Shown here in pieces: positions 11,480-23,850 of a DNA stretch of 39,964 nucleotides. Numbering within the stretch: position 1 is the first letter of the stretch; every line of letters begins with the position of its first letter. The notes under the pieces are model-generated. The model had not been told where the DNA came from. It made no database searches and worked only from the letters and a program-made list of their open reading frames with translations. Source of the stretch: Octopus bimaculoides (lineage: Eukaryota). The stretch covers positions 82,201,088 to 82,241,051 of the forward strand of contig NC_068986.1 of NCBI RefSeq assembly GCF_001194135.2. The letters are read 5' to 3'. The translations under genes and the position numbers were made by a program.

Positions 11480-12264
11480 GCTTAACAAAAGTTCTCTTTA
11501 TAGTTCAACAAAAAAGTAAAGAAAANNNNNNNNNNNNNNNNNNNNNNNNNNNNNNNNNNNNNNNNNNNNNNNNNNNNNNNNNNNNNNNNNNNNNNNNNNN
11601 NNNNNNNNNNNNNNNNNNNNNNNNNNNNNNNNNNNNNNNNNNNNNNNNNNNNNNNNNNNNNNNNNNNNNNNNNNNNNNNNNNNNNNNNNNNNNNNNNNNN
11701 NNNNNNNNNNNNNNNNNNNNNNNNNNNNNNNNNNNNNNNNNNNNNNNNNNNNNNNNNNNNNNNNNNNNNNNNNNNNNNNNNNNNNNNNNNNNNNNNNNNN
11801 NNNNNNNNNNNNNNNNNNNNNNNNNNNNNNNNNNNNNNNNNNNNNNNNNNNNNNNNNNNNNNNNNNNNNNNNNNNNNNNNNNNNNNNNNNNNNNNNNNNN
11901 NNNNNNNNNNNNNNNNNNNNNNNNNNNNNNNNNNNNNNNNNNNNNNNNNNNNNNNNNNNNNNNNNNNNNNNNNNNNNNNNNNNNNNNNNNNNNNNNNNNN
12001 NNNNNNNNNNNNNNNNNNNNNNNNNNNNNNNNNNNNNNNNNNNNNNNNNNNNNNNNNNNNNNNNNNNNNNNNNNNNNNNNNNNNNNNNNNNNNNNNNNNN
12101 NNNNNNNNNNNNNNNNNNNNNNNNNNNNNNNNNNNNNNNNNNNNNNNNNNNNNNNNNNNNNNNNNNNNNNNNNNNNNNNNNNNNNNNNNNNNNNNNNNNN
12201 NNNNNNNNNNNNNNNNNNNNNNNNNNNNNNNNNNNNNNNNNNNNNNNATATATATATATATATA

Positions 12265-13417
12265 CAGGGTGCGACGGGTAAACTCTCGCTATTTTATATT
12301 TTTAATTTTGCGCATACGCATCGTTTCGTTTTGTCTTTGTCGACTATACAGTAGAGTCCGTTGGGGATCGTCTGTGAGAAAAATAGCTCCATCACGCAAT
12401 TCACTTAGCCATAAATTTGGAAACGTCAATCTGTACTGCTTGGCATTCGAGCCGGAAACTCGAATAGGAATATTTCAGAGTGTTTGAGTGTCAATCTGAG
12501 GACCGTGAAGAGGATTCGGAAAGAGTTGGTTGAGTCTAATGGTGATTACGAAGGTACGGCGGCTCGAAAATCTCACTCCGATCGTTGTAATAAGAAAAAA
12601 ATCTCACGAATTTGTTGGTGAAACCAGGCCATGATTTACAACGATCCTTCCAAGTCAACCAAGTCCATTGCCAGGATCATGAGAGTGTCTGAATTTTTTA
12701 TCAGGCAGGTATAGCATGAAGACATTCGGTATTCTTCATACAAGATGAGAAAGGGCCAATGTTTATCCCCAGCCATGGAGGACAAGAAGAAAGGCCGCGC
12801 TAAACTCAAGTATCCCTTCCAACCGAACATACTTTGGTATTCCCAATACATGTATCGTGTTCCCAATACATGTATCGAGGGTGATAACAATCAAATAGCC
12901 AGTCAATAGCCAGTCAACAAAGTGGTGTTTGGAGTGAGCACTAGTCCTCAGACTCAACCCGGAAGCCTACATCAAATGCCTGGAGGAGGTAGTGCTGCCC
13001 TGGATCAAGAGGGTAACTGCTGGAAGACCCTATGTCTGGCAACAAGACTCTGCACCATGCCGCACAAGCAGGAGAACCCAATCATGGCTGTCAGACAATT
13101 TATCTGACCACATCACCCCTAATATCTGGCCACCTAACTTCCCAGACTGCAACCACCTTGATTATTATGTATGTCTGAAGTCAAGGATTATGGCAGCATT
13201 CACCAACTTAAGCAAGGAGACCGTCCATAAGAGTTACAGGAGATTCCGAAGTTGTCTTGAGGTCGTAGTTGAAGCCAATGGCGATTTTATTGAATAAATT
13301 TACTCTTTAGTATTTCAAAATATTTTTATGTAATTTTGGTAAATATATATAAAATGAGATGTCAGTGTTATTTTCATTTTTGCATAATTTAGACGACAAT
13401 TTATTCACCGCACTCTG
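12265..13417 (+). mobile_element. Tc1/mariner superfamily element, maT (DD37D) type, internally deleted
   Basis: TA|CAGGGTGCGACGGG at the left end and an imperfect inverted copy ..CGCACTCTG at the right end (17/25 match). Transposase fragments: LGIRAGNSNRNISECLSVNLRTVKRIRKEL, DPSKSTKSIAR, YVWQQDSAPC..WPPNFPDCNHLDYYV, with exactly 37 residues between the last two catalytic D. The region of the first D is deleted. Confidence 0.92.
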
Positions 13418-14265
13418 TGTGTGTGTATATATATATATAAATATACCCCTCTGTGTTCGGCCTTGGGTGGCTAATAAAGAAATCTCTATACACACATATA
13501 AACAACAGTTAACAGCATGCTGTATCATGACGCAACTTCTCTATAATCATTTCTACTTCTTTATTAATTTTATTCAAATAATGGTGTTGCAATATTATAT
13601 TAAGTGCGCCAGAAGAGGACTGATTTTAAAAAGAGAAAGCGAGACAATCGTTGGTTAAGACGTATAACCACTGAGCCAAACATGATGTTTCTCGCTGTTT
13701 TCAAAAATCCATTTTTGCAAATCTATAAATATTTATCACTATTTCTACCATCTAATAGCCACTTGCAGCGGCACTGATTTGCATAAATCACAGCTCCGAG
13801 GTAAAAATATCAACGAAACAAAACAAACGGAAAATACTCCTTCACTGAAAACATTCTCCTTTTACAAAGGAAAACAGAAAAATAATAAGAATAGTAATCT
13901 GTAAAAGGAAGACATTTTAAAAAACTACAAGAAAGATCATCTCAAAATTTGTAATAAAAATCCTAGGTTACGGAAGAAATAGATTGCCGGAGTGTGCTTT
14001 CAAATATTAAAAGCAGATGTATTCTATGTAATGTGCTAGTGAAAATCTGGTTACAGAATTCTGGTAGATTCTTTCTTGAGGAGATGCTATCATTAAAAGT
14101 AACCTATGTTTTCACTAATTGTCTTTACCTGGAAATTTTAATAATGTTATTGTTTACAATTCAATATGTGACACTTGGGAACACAAAGGGAGACGTCATG
14201 ACAGCTGCATCACTGAATTTGAATAGAAAGACGGTTTACGTTCGTCTGCCTTCATGAACACACAC

Positions 14266-14752
14266 GCGCGCGAAGACTAACACATACACAGACTAACGCA
14301 TACACACAGAGAGACATCCATGGACACATACGCACACATAGAGACACGAGCTCACTAATTCACTCATAACACGCTGAGGCTTGTACATACGCACATAGAC
14401 AGACAGACACTCACACACGCACAAACAAATTCATACACATAGAGAAAAACAAACATAAACGCACACTCGTGCACAGTCTGATTCATGCATATACACAAAC
14501 AGAAAGTCACAGAAAACGCAAATCCATTGATGTAAATACGTACATACCTTCAGTCAGATATCGACATAAATGCACAGACAGGGATGCACAGACAGTGATG
14601 CACAGAAATACACACAAAGACGCTATACCATATGCACATACACACTTATGCATATATACATATATATACATAATGCATACATACATACATACATACATAC
14701 ACACATACATACACGCATACATGCATACATGCATACATACATACATACATAC
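14266..14752. repeat. Degenerate CA-rich and (TACA)n microsatellite field
   Basis: Directly visible; abuts the gap at 14753-15493. Confidence 0.9.
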
Positions 14753-15769
14753 NNNNNNNNNNNNNNNNNNNNNNNNNNNNNNNNNNNNNNNNNNNNNNNN
14801 NNNNNNNNNNNNNNNNNNNNNNNNNNNNNNNNNNNNNNNNNNNNNNNNNNNNNNNNNNNNNNNNNNNNNNNNNNNNNNNNNNNNNNNNNNNNNNNNNNNN
14901 NNNNNNNNNNNNNNNNNNNNNNNNNNNNNNNNNNNNNNNNNNNNNNNNNNNNNNNNNNNNNNNNNNNNNNNNNNNNNNNNNNNNNNNNNNNNNNNNNNNN
15001 NNNNNNNNNNNNNNNNNNNNNNNNNNNNNNNNNNNNNNNNNNNNNNNNNNNNNNNNNNNNNNNNNNNNNNNNNNNNNNNNNNNNNNNNNNNNNNNNNNNN
15101 NNNNNNNNNNNNNNNNNNNNNNNNNNNNNNNNNNNNNNNNNNNNNNNNNNNNNNNNNNNNNNNNNNNNNNNNNNNNNNNNNNNNNNNNNNNNNNNNNNNN
15201 NNNNNNNNNNNNNNNNNNNNNNNNNNNNNNNNNNNNNNNNNNNNNNNNNNNNNNNNNNNNNNNNNNNNNNNNNNNNNNNNNNNNNNNNNNNNNNNNNNNN
15301 NNNNNNNNNNNNNNNNNNNNNNNNNNNNNNNNNNNNNNNNNNNNNNNNNNNNNNNNNNNNNNNNNNNNNNNNNNNNNNNNNNNNNNNNNNNNNNNNNNNN
15401 NNNNNNNNNNNNNNNNNNNNNNNNNNNNNNNNNNNNNNNNNNNNNNNNNNNNNNNNNNNNNNNNNNNNNNNNNNNNNNNNNNNNNNNNNNNNNATATATA
15501 TATATATATAATTAAGATTCAGTTGAATTAGGTACTTAAATTGAGGCATCTGGTTAAGGTCGGTATAATCCGCACATCCAAGCAATATTAATTGAATATT
15601 GTATATCAAGACTCCGTGCAGCGGGGTTTGTACCTGATATTCACGCCGTTTGTACAGACAACGCACTCCAACTAAGTGAAGATATCCGCTCTTGGTAATC
15701 CAGACTTGTACTTTTTATAAAGGTACTCTCTATAGTATTTCCGAAGTGCAGATTCAAAGTCAGGTGAAC

Positions 15770-16559
15770 AGAATATAAATGAGTAAGAAAGATGTACTGG
15801 TGTCAATTCATTACGGCCGCTGTTTCAAGCGGCTCCTTTAATCGATTAATGAAAACATTACATCAATTTGAAAGAAACCGTTCTCGTCAGATGACCGCAT
15901 AGACTTCAAACATAAAGGATTTGAATTGAATTGAATGAATTGAATCGGTTTCAGCTCATGAGCTGTGTCCATGCTCGGGCACCGCCGTTATATCTCCATG
16001 TTTAAAAAAAACCTATTTACATCAATAATGGAACTCAAAATATTTACTTTTTTTTTGTCATACCTGTGGTAGCATGAGTTTAGAAAACAATGCATACCAC
16101 GTCAAGCCTACTATAATTTAGAGAGTAGCAGGGGAAATAGTGGGGGTCAGGATAAAAAGAGTGGTGACCTAGTTACTTATATTTAGAAGACTTTATGTAG
16201 AATGTAGTCTTCAACCATTTAGAATTAAATCCATTGGGAGTTGTCAACTGTATTCTAGTTAATGGTGATAAATCAATTAATGTCACACAATCTACTAGAC
16301 TCTCAATATACTGGAACCACATATTTGCTTTATCTACACAAGAGGGTAGGCTGTAGGGTTAGTAGCAGGGTAATGTCTGATGGGGAAGGGGTGATAAATG
16401 GAAGAAAGAATGATAGGGGTGGCCAATACTTATTTAGATTATCAAATTAAGGGGCTTCTTTCAAATTGATGTAATGTTTTCATTAATCAATTAAAGGTGC
16501 TGCTTAAAACGAGCGTAATGAATTTACACCTTTACATCTTTATTACTCATTTATATTCT
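15770..16559. mobile_element. Inverted-repeat pair (~105-bp arms), candidate MITE/non-autonomous DNA transposon
   Basis: 15770-15876 is the reverse complement of 16456-16559 (roughly 85-90% identical; termini AGAATATAAATGAGTAA / TTACTCATTTATATTCT). No clean TSD. Confidence 0.65.
15921..15986 (-). mobile_element. SINE 3' fragment with (ATTCA)n tail
   Basis: ccatgctcgggcaccgcc resembles ccatggtggggcacggcc in the family B 3' part; (gaatt)n on the plus strand. Confidence 0.5.
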
Positions 16560-16583
16560 ATATATATATATATATATGTGTGC

Positions 16584-16614
<31 letters not shown>

Positions 16615-16823
16615 TGTATTAGCGATATATACTAGCGACAGAAGCAGTATTAATACCGTATGACAATCTGTATATCCTACTTAATGTTGATGTGCCATTA
16701 GAACGCCGAATATTGCAGTGCTTGCCTTGAGAAATCCTCTCATATAGACGTACGTCTATATGAAAGGATCTCTTACACACACACACTCACACACATACAC
16801 ACACACGCACATACATACATACA

Positions 16824-16858
<35 letters not shown>

Positions 16859-16885
16859 GTACATATGCATGCATACATATATACG

Positions 16886-16925
<40 letters not shown>

Positions 16926-16945
16926 TACATATGCATGTATGTATG
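16558..16945. repeat. Compound (TA)/(CG)/(TG)/(TACA) microsatellites
   Basis: Directly visible, including a pure (CG)n run at ~16582-16598. Confidence 0.9.
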
Positions 16946-16964
16946 TTTATAGGAGTGTGTATTT

Positions 16965-18600
16965 GAAAACTAGAAGACGCTACATTATTCCTGCTACATG
17001 ATACCACTGATTATAAAAAGATGAACAATTGCAAAGAAGCAAAGACAATGAAAAATTTAACACCTTCATTAAGTGACACCAAAAAGGTTTAAGAAACGAT
17101 AAATGTGATTATCAAACGAACTTCGAAAGCAAAACCACCAATCTGTATGGATTCAGCATAATTGACAACATCGGAAAAGAATCAAGCTCAGCGTGTATAA
17201 ACGTAGCACACACTAACGATCATAAATCAAGATCAATTGTAAAGGGCCCAAACTGTGAAACATAGACTCAGCAATTTTGTAGATTTATTGCTGAAACCTA
17301 CTCTGCAAAAGATATCAAGTCTTGTAAGAAATTACTTGGACCTCTTAAGTTGCCTTCCGAAAAAAGTTAGCAAAAGCACTATTATTGTATCATTTGATAC
17401 AGTAAACCCTTAAACTATATTCCCATATGGACTGGAAGCAATAGAATCTGACAGAAGAAGTTTACCAATGAAATTCAAGACCACATAGAAACAAGATTTA
17501 TTACTGAAGGAGTAAAATTCATTCTACAAAATCAAATTTTACTTTTTCTGTGCCAGGATTTACAAATAATTGAAACTGTGAAGGGAGCAACAGCCGCTTA
17601 ATTTTTTTCCAATATGCATATACACGGCACCAGCTTCCATAAATATGTCTTAGAAAATTGGAAACGAACATTAGATGACGACCTCCTTCTGCGGAGGATT
17701 GACCAACACATTGACTTCAAGGCCCTAATTCATGACATAACAAAATACAGTTCACAATGATATACAGTCAAAAGGAACTGTCCTTCTACGTTATTTTAAT
17801 CATGAAAATGGACATAAATAGACACAAACAATTGAAACCCACAACTTATCATTTACTTGTGCCACACGAAACATACCAAAACAAATATACTGTTTAATCT
17901 AGTACGAAAAATATATACCATTATTTCGAGTTTTGAGACTCGGAATAAGACTAGAAGTTTTAAAATAAAAATTACTAGAAAGACAGTACCCAACAATGCT
18001 AATACAATAGAATGTGCCAATGCAACAGATATTCGAAAATTACGAATGACAAAAACACTTTACATACACTCAATTCTTTTCCTTTCAATACAACACACAA
18101 GAAATATAGAAACATTATCCATTAAAACATTCCATTATTGAAGCAAACCAACTCAAAATACACAAAATAACCAAAATCCATTAAAAAGTTACCGGCGCCA
18201 TATTACCCATTTCTTAAACAACATTGGTAGTAAAAAAAATGTGGTCGTCCTAACTACAGAACCTATATCAATCTTATAGAACACACATTTTATATATTTT
18301 TTACTGTAAAAATATCACTTCACATTTACGTATTTACATGTACTGGTTGTAACGAAGATTAAATAGGGCAATTAGAATTTATCTTGAGAAATGGAGTCAA
18401 TGTTCATAATTCAACAAATGCGAGATCCTAATTGCCAGACACATTCCACTAAATGAACACTAAAACTTAAACAGATCCTGAAAATAATCAATTCTTCACA
18501 CTTCACCATTGCTCTGACAAAAATACAGCTCAAACACGGACTGATAAAGAAAATATGTTTATTAAAAATACGAAGCATGACTGAATAAGCTACAACAGGA
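16965..18600 (+). mobile_element. Decayed Penelope-like element (RT plus GIY-YIG endonuclease)
   Basis: Plus-strand fragments: NLYGF; SRSIVKGPNCET..RLSNFVDLLLKPTL; IVSFDTVN..YGLEAIE; ENWKR(T)LDD (17653-17680); HTKTNILFNLVRKIYTI; CGRPN; CTGCNED*IGQ (~18339-18370); KENMFIK. The domain order is that of Penelope elements. Confidence 0.88.
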
Positions 18601-19324
18601 CATACACGATACATTCATTAGCAATTGACAGTAAATCACTAAGATTATACATGTTCACACTCAGTGTTCACCCTTATACACAAATACATAGACAATGATA
18701 TATATACATTCATACAGATACGTAACTTACTGTTACATAAAAGCAGGAAATCTATTTCTCTATTTTTAGTTTTTCTGGCAACCTTGAATTTTTAACCCAA
18801 TAGTTGTTCATACTGACACATTACACATTCAGGACATTAATAGCATTGATTTTTGGGTAATTATTTTTGGTCCATACTGACACTCGCCTCTAATATACGG
18901 TTGTTACAAAAAGCTAACCAAATTCTATACCTGTCCTTTTGACTTCCGCCACTCAAACAGTATTTCAACTCAATTTGAGCCACAAATCTCTCCATAAAAC
19001 TCAAATTTTCACACCGATCAGAGAGATAGCTGCGGATTAGCTCTACCTCCATCTATCTCAAAATACTTTTGATAATCATGAAACTGTAAAACCTCGACTT
19101 CATTTCGTTATACTTCTACTCGTGTGAAAGACAAAATTTACATTCTTAAATACACATACATACATGTACGTATACACGCACACATTTACACGCGCGCGCG
19201 CGAACAAATACAGAATATACACACGCATATCAACTTCATACACATACTTTATCCAATAGCCACAAATATACACACCAGTTGAAAATACGGGCTCGCACAC
19301 TCGCTCGCATACATACACGCACAT

Positions 19325-19546
19325 GAGGTAGACAGGTTACCTTCTCGAGTTATACTGACTCATAAAGGACAGCTTTCCGGTTTCCATGGCATATAAATTC
19401 CCCTCCTGGATTACTCATTTTTGCCAGGTGAGTAGATTGGATCATCAACGTGAAATGAAGTGTTTTGCTCAAGAATACAACGAGTCTCCCGGTCCAGGAA
19501 CCGAAACCACAATCTTATGATCATGAGTCCAACACCCCTAAGGCAC
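19325..19546 (-). mobile_element. tRNA-derived SINE, family C
   Basis: Minus-strand head: ..taggggtgttggactcatgatcataagattgtggtttcggttcctggaccgg (B-box-like ggtttcggttcc), followed by cttgagcaaaacacttcatttcac. Confidence 0.7.
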
Positions 19547-19549
19547 GTG

Positions 19550-20000
19550 CTTCCACACATGCACATAAACACACAAACACACACTCACACACACACATAC
19601 CGAGAAACAACATAGCAACACGCACGCTGACACACATGCCACATGCAGGAAATATACACGCACAGTTCAGTTGCCACACACGCCATCTTGTATGCGCACA
19701 CACATCTGATATGCTCACACACATGCGTATATATATATATATATATACACACATATAAACGTTCACACATACACACATAAATACACGGAGCAGACATGCA
19801 CACATCGCTCCACACATGTGTACGTACTTGTTCACTAACTCACAGACATGCATACACGCTCGCTTCCAGACTTACACATACATATGATCACATAATCTTC
19901 GTATTCACACACATACACGCGCGCTCGCTCATACACACATATACTCCAACACACATTATCTTCATATACACATACATGCTTGCGTACACACTTTGGCCAG
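19550..20000. repeat. Degenerate CA-rich microsatellite field
   Basis: Directly visible. Confidence 0.85.
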
Positions 20001-20373
20001 GTGACGGTTGTATCGTTCGCCACCCATATCTTCAACCACTTCCTTTACTTCTGGTCTATTCAACATGTTCAAACGTTAATCTTGATACATTTTGTTTCTC
20101 TTTCCGTTTCTTCTCCCCATCGGATTTTTTTTTCTCATTCATTTCTGGAAAAGAGCGAAGGCTCGAAACATTAAAGACTTCTGTCTTTTTCCCAGCGTCA
20201 AGTTACTACACTTTATTTGTTGTTCCTCCACCTGTCTGTATCTTTCGCTTTCTGTGCTTTGTATAATTTTGAACCACACACACACACACACACATATGAG
20301 CAACCTTAACACCATGTATTGTAGATTATGTTCCTCTTTCGTTAGCGTGTTACATTTGTGTATACAAACATAC

Positions 20374-20374
<1 letters not shown>

Positions 20375-20406
<32 letters not shown>

Positions 20407-20436
20407 TGTGTGTGTGTGTGTGTGTGTGTGTTTGTG
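20375..20436. repeat. (TG)n microsatellite
   Basis: Directly visible. Confidence 0.95.
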
Positions 20437-21804
20437 TGTATCTGTATTTCTGCATATCTCTGTGTCTACGTGTGTGCTTAGGCTATCAAAAAGCGACATT
20501 TTACTAGAATTTTCAATATGGAATAGGAAGATCGCACTCATAGAATTGTGTGTGATATCACATCACGTGCTTCATACCTTTTCTTTCTTTTTTTTTAGTT
20601 TGCCCTAAAGCACTTTCTATGGAACAAACGAAGGGTCGTTATTTTGACTTTGCTGGGTCACGTCCGTTAAAAATTTGTCAAAAACTGATGGGGCTCAGGT
20701 ACATCAAAATGAGAAATGCTTAGGAATGGAATAACAGGTGCCTTTGTTTAAAAGTCTTCCACTGATTTTCACAAAATACATTGTTTTAATAGATATAGAC
20801 CATATTTATCATTCAGTTGTAGATTGCTGATCACTAAGCAGGAATGAAACATGAATTCAAGTATTTAACATATTCAGCTATGTATCTCTTTATAGACTAG
20901 ATAAAATGAGAAGAGTAAGATAAACGGTAATCTAAATGACGTCAGAGTCAATAGTTTCCGGTATGGTGTCAAGTAGACTTCCGTTAGTCTTAGAATTACA
21001 ACTTTCTTTTAGTATAATGCAATTTACTGCTTTCTTGCACGATAAATAGTGTAGGTATCTATACATGATATTGTACAAAATGGAGAAGATTGCACAGCAG
21101 TGCAATCTTTATATCTTACATCTTATCTGAATAATTACTCCACATAATTATTAAAATTCATTGTGAAAATATGGATTTATTTTGACTTGTCACAGTAATA
21201 TGGAAGTGTTACTAGAAATATAGTAAATGAGGAAAGAAAGCTAGTTTATAGTCTTTAGTAATTGATAGTGGTGTCTAGGTGCTGGAGATAGAATATCGAA
21301 GCAACAAAATATATAAGGGAGCATGAAGAGCATATTGAAAAGGACAAAAGTTGTCATGTTTCTACAGCGTGTGTTCCAGATCTTTGTTTATGTAAATAAA
21401 TTTGGTGCGAGGTGCCGAGTGTGTATGCGTGTATGTATATCGTCTGTGTCCTGAAGGATGATCAGAAATGAAAGGTGTTAACAATATTGTCTGTCCTGGC
21501 TGTTGTCACTAGTAGTTCTTCTAATACAGTCTGTAGGTAAGTCTGATAAAAATTTAAAAAAAACAGAGAACACACAAGATGTAGTGGAAGACCGGACACA
21601 ACGACACAAGTGTTGTTGGATTAAGTAGAAAATATTTGAGAATACGCACCAAGAGGAGAGTTTGCCATGTTAGAAACAGTAAACAATTCTTCCTGAAATA
21701 ACTCTTCACTGCCTTTAAAAAAGAAAGACACACGTGTTGCTAGATACGTTATGGTTTAGATGACGTATCTTTTGTCTGACTAGCAATGAGATGGGGATAA
21801 ATAT

Positions 21805-21869
21805 CAACAACAACAATAACAACACCACCACCACCAACAACAACAACAACAACAACAACAGCAACAACA
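21805..21869. repeat. (CAA)/(CCA) trinucleotide repeat
   Basis: Directly visible. Confidence 0.9.
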
Positions 21870-22749
21870 TTTAACGCTATTTAATGCTACATAAAATTCG
21901 AGGATTAGCAATGTTCTTATTTATCTTCAGATCAAATCTGATCCATCAGATTTATGATAAAAAGGTTTGTGACCATTTCACTGTTATTTGGCTATAATGT
22001 ATCTAAGACTATGAAATAATCACAAAGACACAATATTTCATTGTCCTGGACTTATCAATCTTTATAATTCGAATGCTCAAAATTTGTTTCTCTGTTTCTG
22101 TGTCCCTATATTTTTAAGGAAAGCAATATATTGTTAAAATATGTTGATTAATGTACTGTTATATAAAGGCCTACTTTTTTTTTATCTAAAGAAAGTTCCA
22201 GTATATTTCTGAGCCTCAGAATGCTCAAAACAGATGAATTTTGATCCAGTATATCAACAAGGAAAATCAACTTTTCTCCTTAAAGGACGACAGGCATTAG
22301 AAAATAATGCACCCATATTGGAAAAATGCGTAGAGATACGAAAACACACAAACATATATACGAAACCACACACACACACATACACACACACACACACACA
22401 CATATATACACACACACACAAATAATAAAAAACAGACACATTCATAGAAGACATATATCAAACGCACGCGCGTTCACACACACACACACATACGCGCACA
22501 CGTATCTACGTTAAAATAAGTGGCAATTTGGCAGAAGTTTTAGGGCATCGGACAAAAATGCTTTACCGTATTTGATCCAGTTCTTTACAAGTCTCTGATG
22601 GTGTCTCCGTTTTAGTTAATGATCAAATAAGTTTGTACAATTCATATATATCGAGTGTCATTTGGCTTCATTCGCCACAACCTTATATCCAATATATCAA
22701 CAAGGGGTTACCATCTTTTCTCACCCTTAACTGTTCAGACACAGTCATC

Positions 22750-23491
22750 GTCCATAGATAGCGTAGTCACCTCACACCGTACAAATCTTCATGGAAAAGT
22801 GGAAAGTACTATACATCATAAGATGCAAGCCTAACAATGTCGCTATAAATAAAACCAACATTGCTTATTGGTGTCACCAGAAGCAACAATGGCGCAATTT
22901 GATTCCATTCACTCTGCTTTTTGACTGCATTTACTGACATGGCGCGAGTCAGTCTTTAATCAAGCCACATTTAATGGTTTCTTTGACTAGATAAAGACTT
23001 TTCTGCAATTTTCTTCAGTTTCTTTATCGCAAGCTGAAACGAAATCATTTTTGTTATTTTTTAAAGAAATCCCGATTCACAAATCTTCAGTAACCAATGA
23101 CAAGGTGGTGGTGCTCAACTTTTCATCAAGCCTCAACACACCTTTAAGTTAAGTTACTGTACGCCTTTTTATGTTCTAAGACATGAAAATGGTTTTCTCA
23201 GTTAATGTTCCCCCACTAAAAGAACCTGTTTCATACACTCGTTCCAAAGTGTAAGTAAATTTAGTCAATGGTCATGAAACGTTAACAGTTTTCAAAGGAA
23301 GTGAATAAGTCATTTGCTGTACCTCTATTGGAGTTTGCCTATTGTTTTGCTGTCGTACGTTCATCTCAAGTCAAGTTTCATCCAGCATATTATCAAAGCC
23401 GTTTCAATTGCGACCATTTCAACATGTAGAATTACCGATATATAATGTGTTCTTCACTTTTAAAGGTGGCTGTATGATATTTGAATGACAT
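22750..23491 (-). mobile_element. Probable pogo/Tigger-type transposase remnant
   Basis: Minus strand MSFKYHTATFKVK (cf. Brinker-type YTAAFKLKV) and KMISFQLAIKKL (cf. KLISFQRYVIKL) in the expected order. Very decayed; no catalytic motif is securely readable. Confidence 0.42.
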
Positions 23492-23758
23492 TTGGCTTCT
23501 ATTTCTCTGAGATCAAACAACCACATGGTGTCTTTCACGTTGGTCTGTTGACTGAAGTTCTATCAACTTGACTATGTAGCCATACAAACTGACATTTATA
23601 CAAATGAAAACACGCGCTCACACATATTCAAGTGCACATAAGCACACAAATATACACAAATATACACAAATATACACATTCATACATATACAGATACACA
23701 CAAATACATGCATACGCAGAGAGAGATTCTCTTAAATGCATACCAACATAAATGCACA

Positions 23759-23850
23759 CACACATTGATACATTAAAGTGCACATTTGCATGCACATTTA
23801 CACACATTGATACATTAAAGTGCACATTTGCATGCACATTTACACACATT
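23759..23850. repeat. Perfect 42-bp tandem duplication (about 2.2 copies)
   Basis: cacattgatacattaaagtgcacatttgcatgcacatttaca at 23761-23802 and 23803-23844. Confidence 0.95.

Noticed and set aside
18861-19052. LIRSYLSDR resembling an RT motif (SFLSDR)
   Set aside because: Single weak motif with no neighbouring RT motifs recovered.
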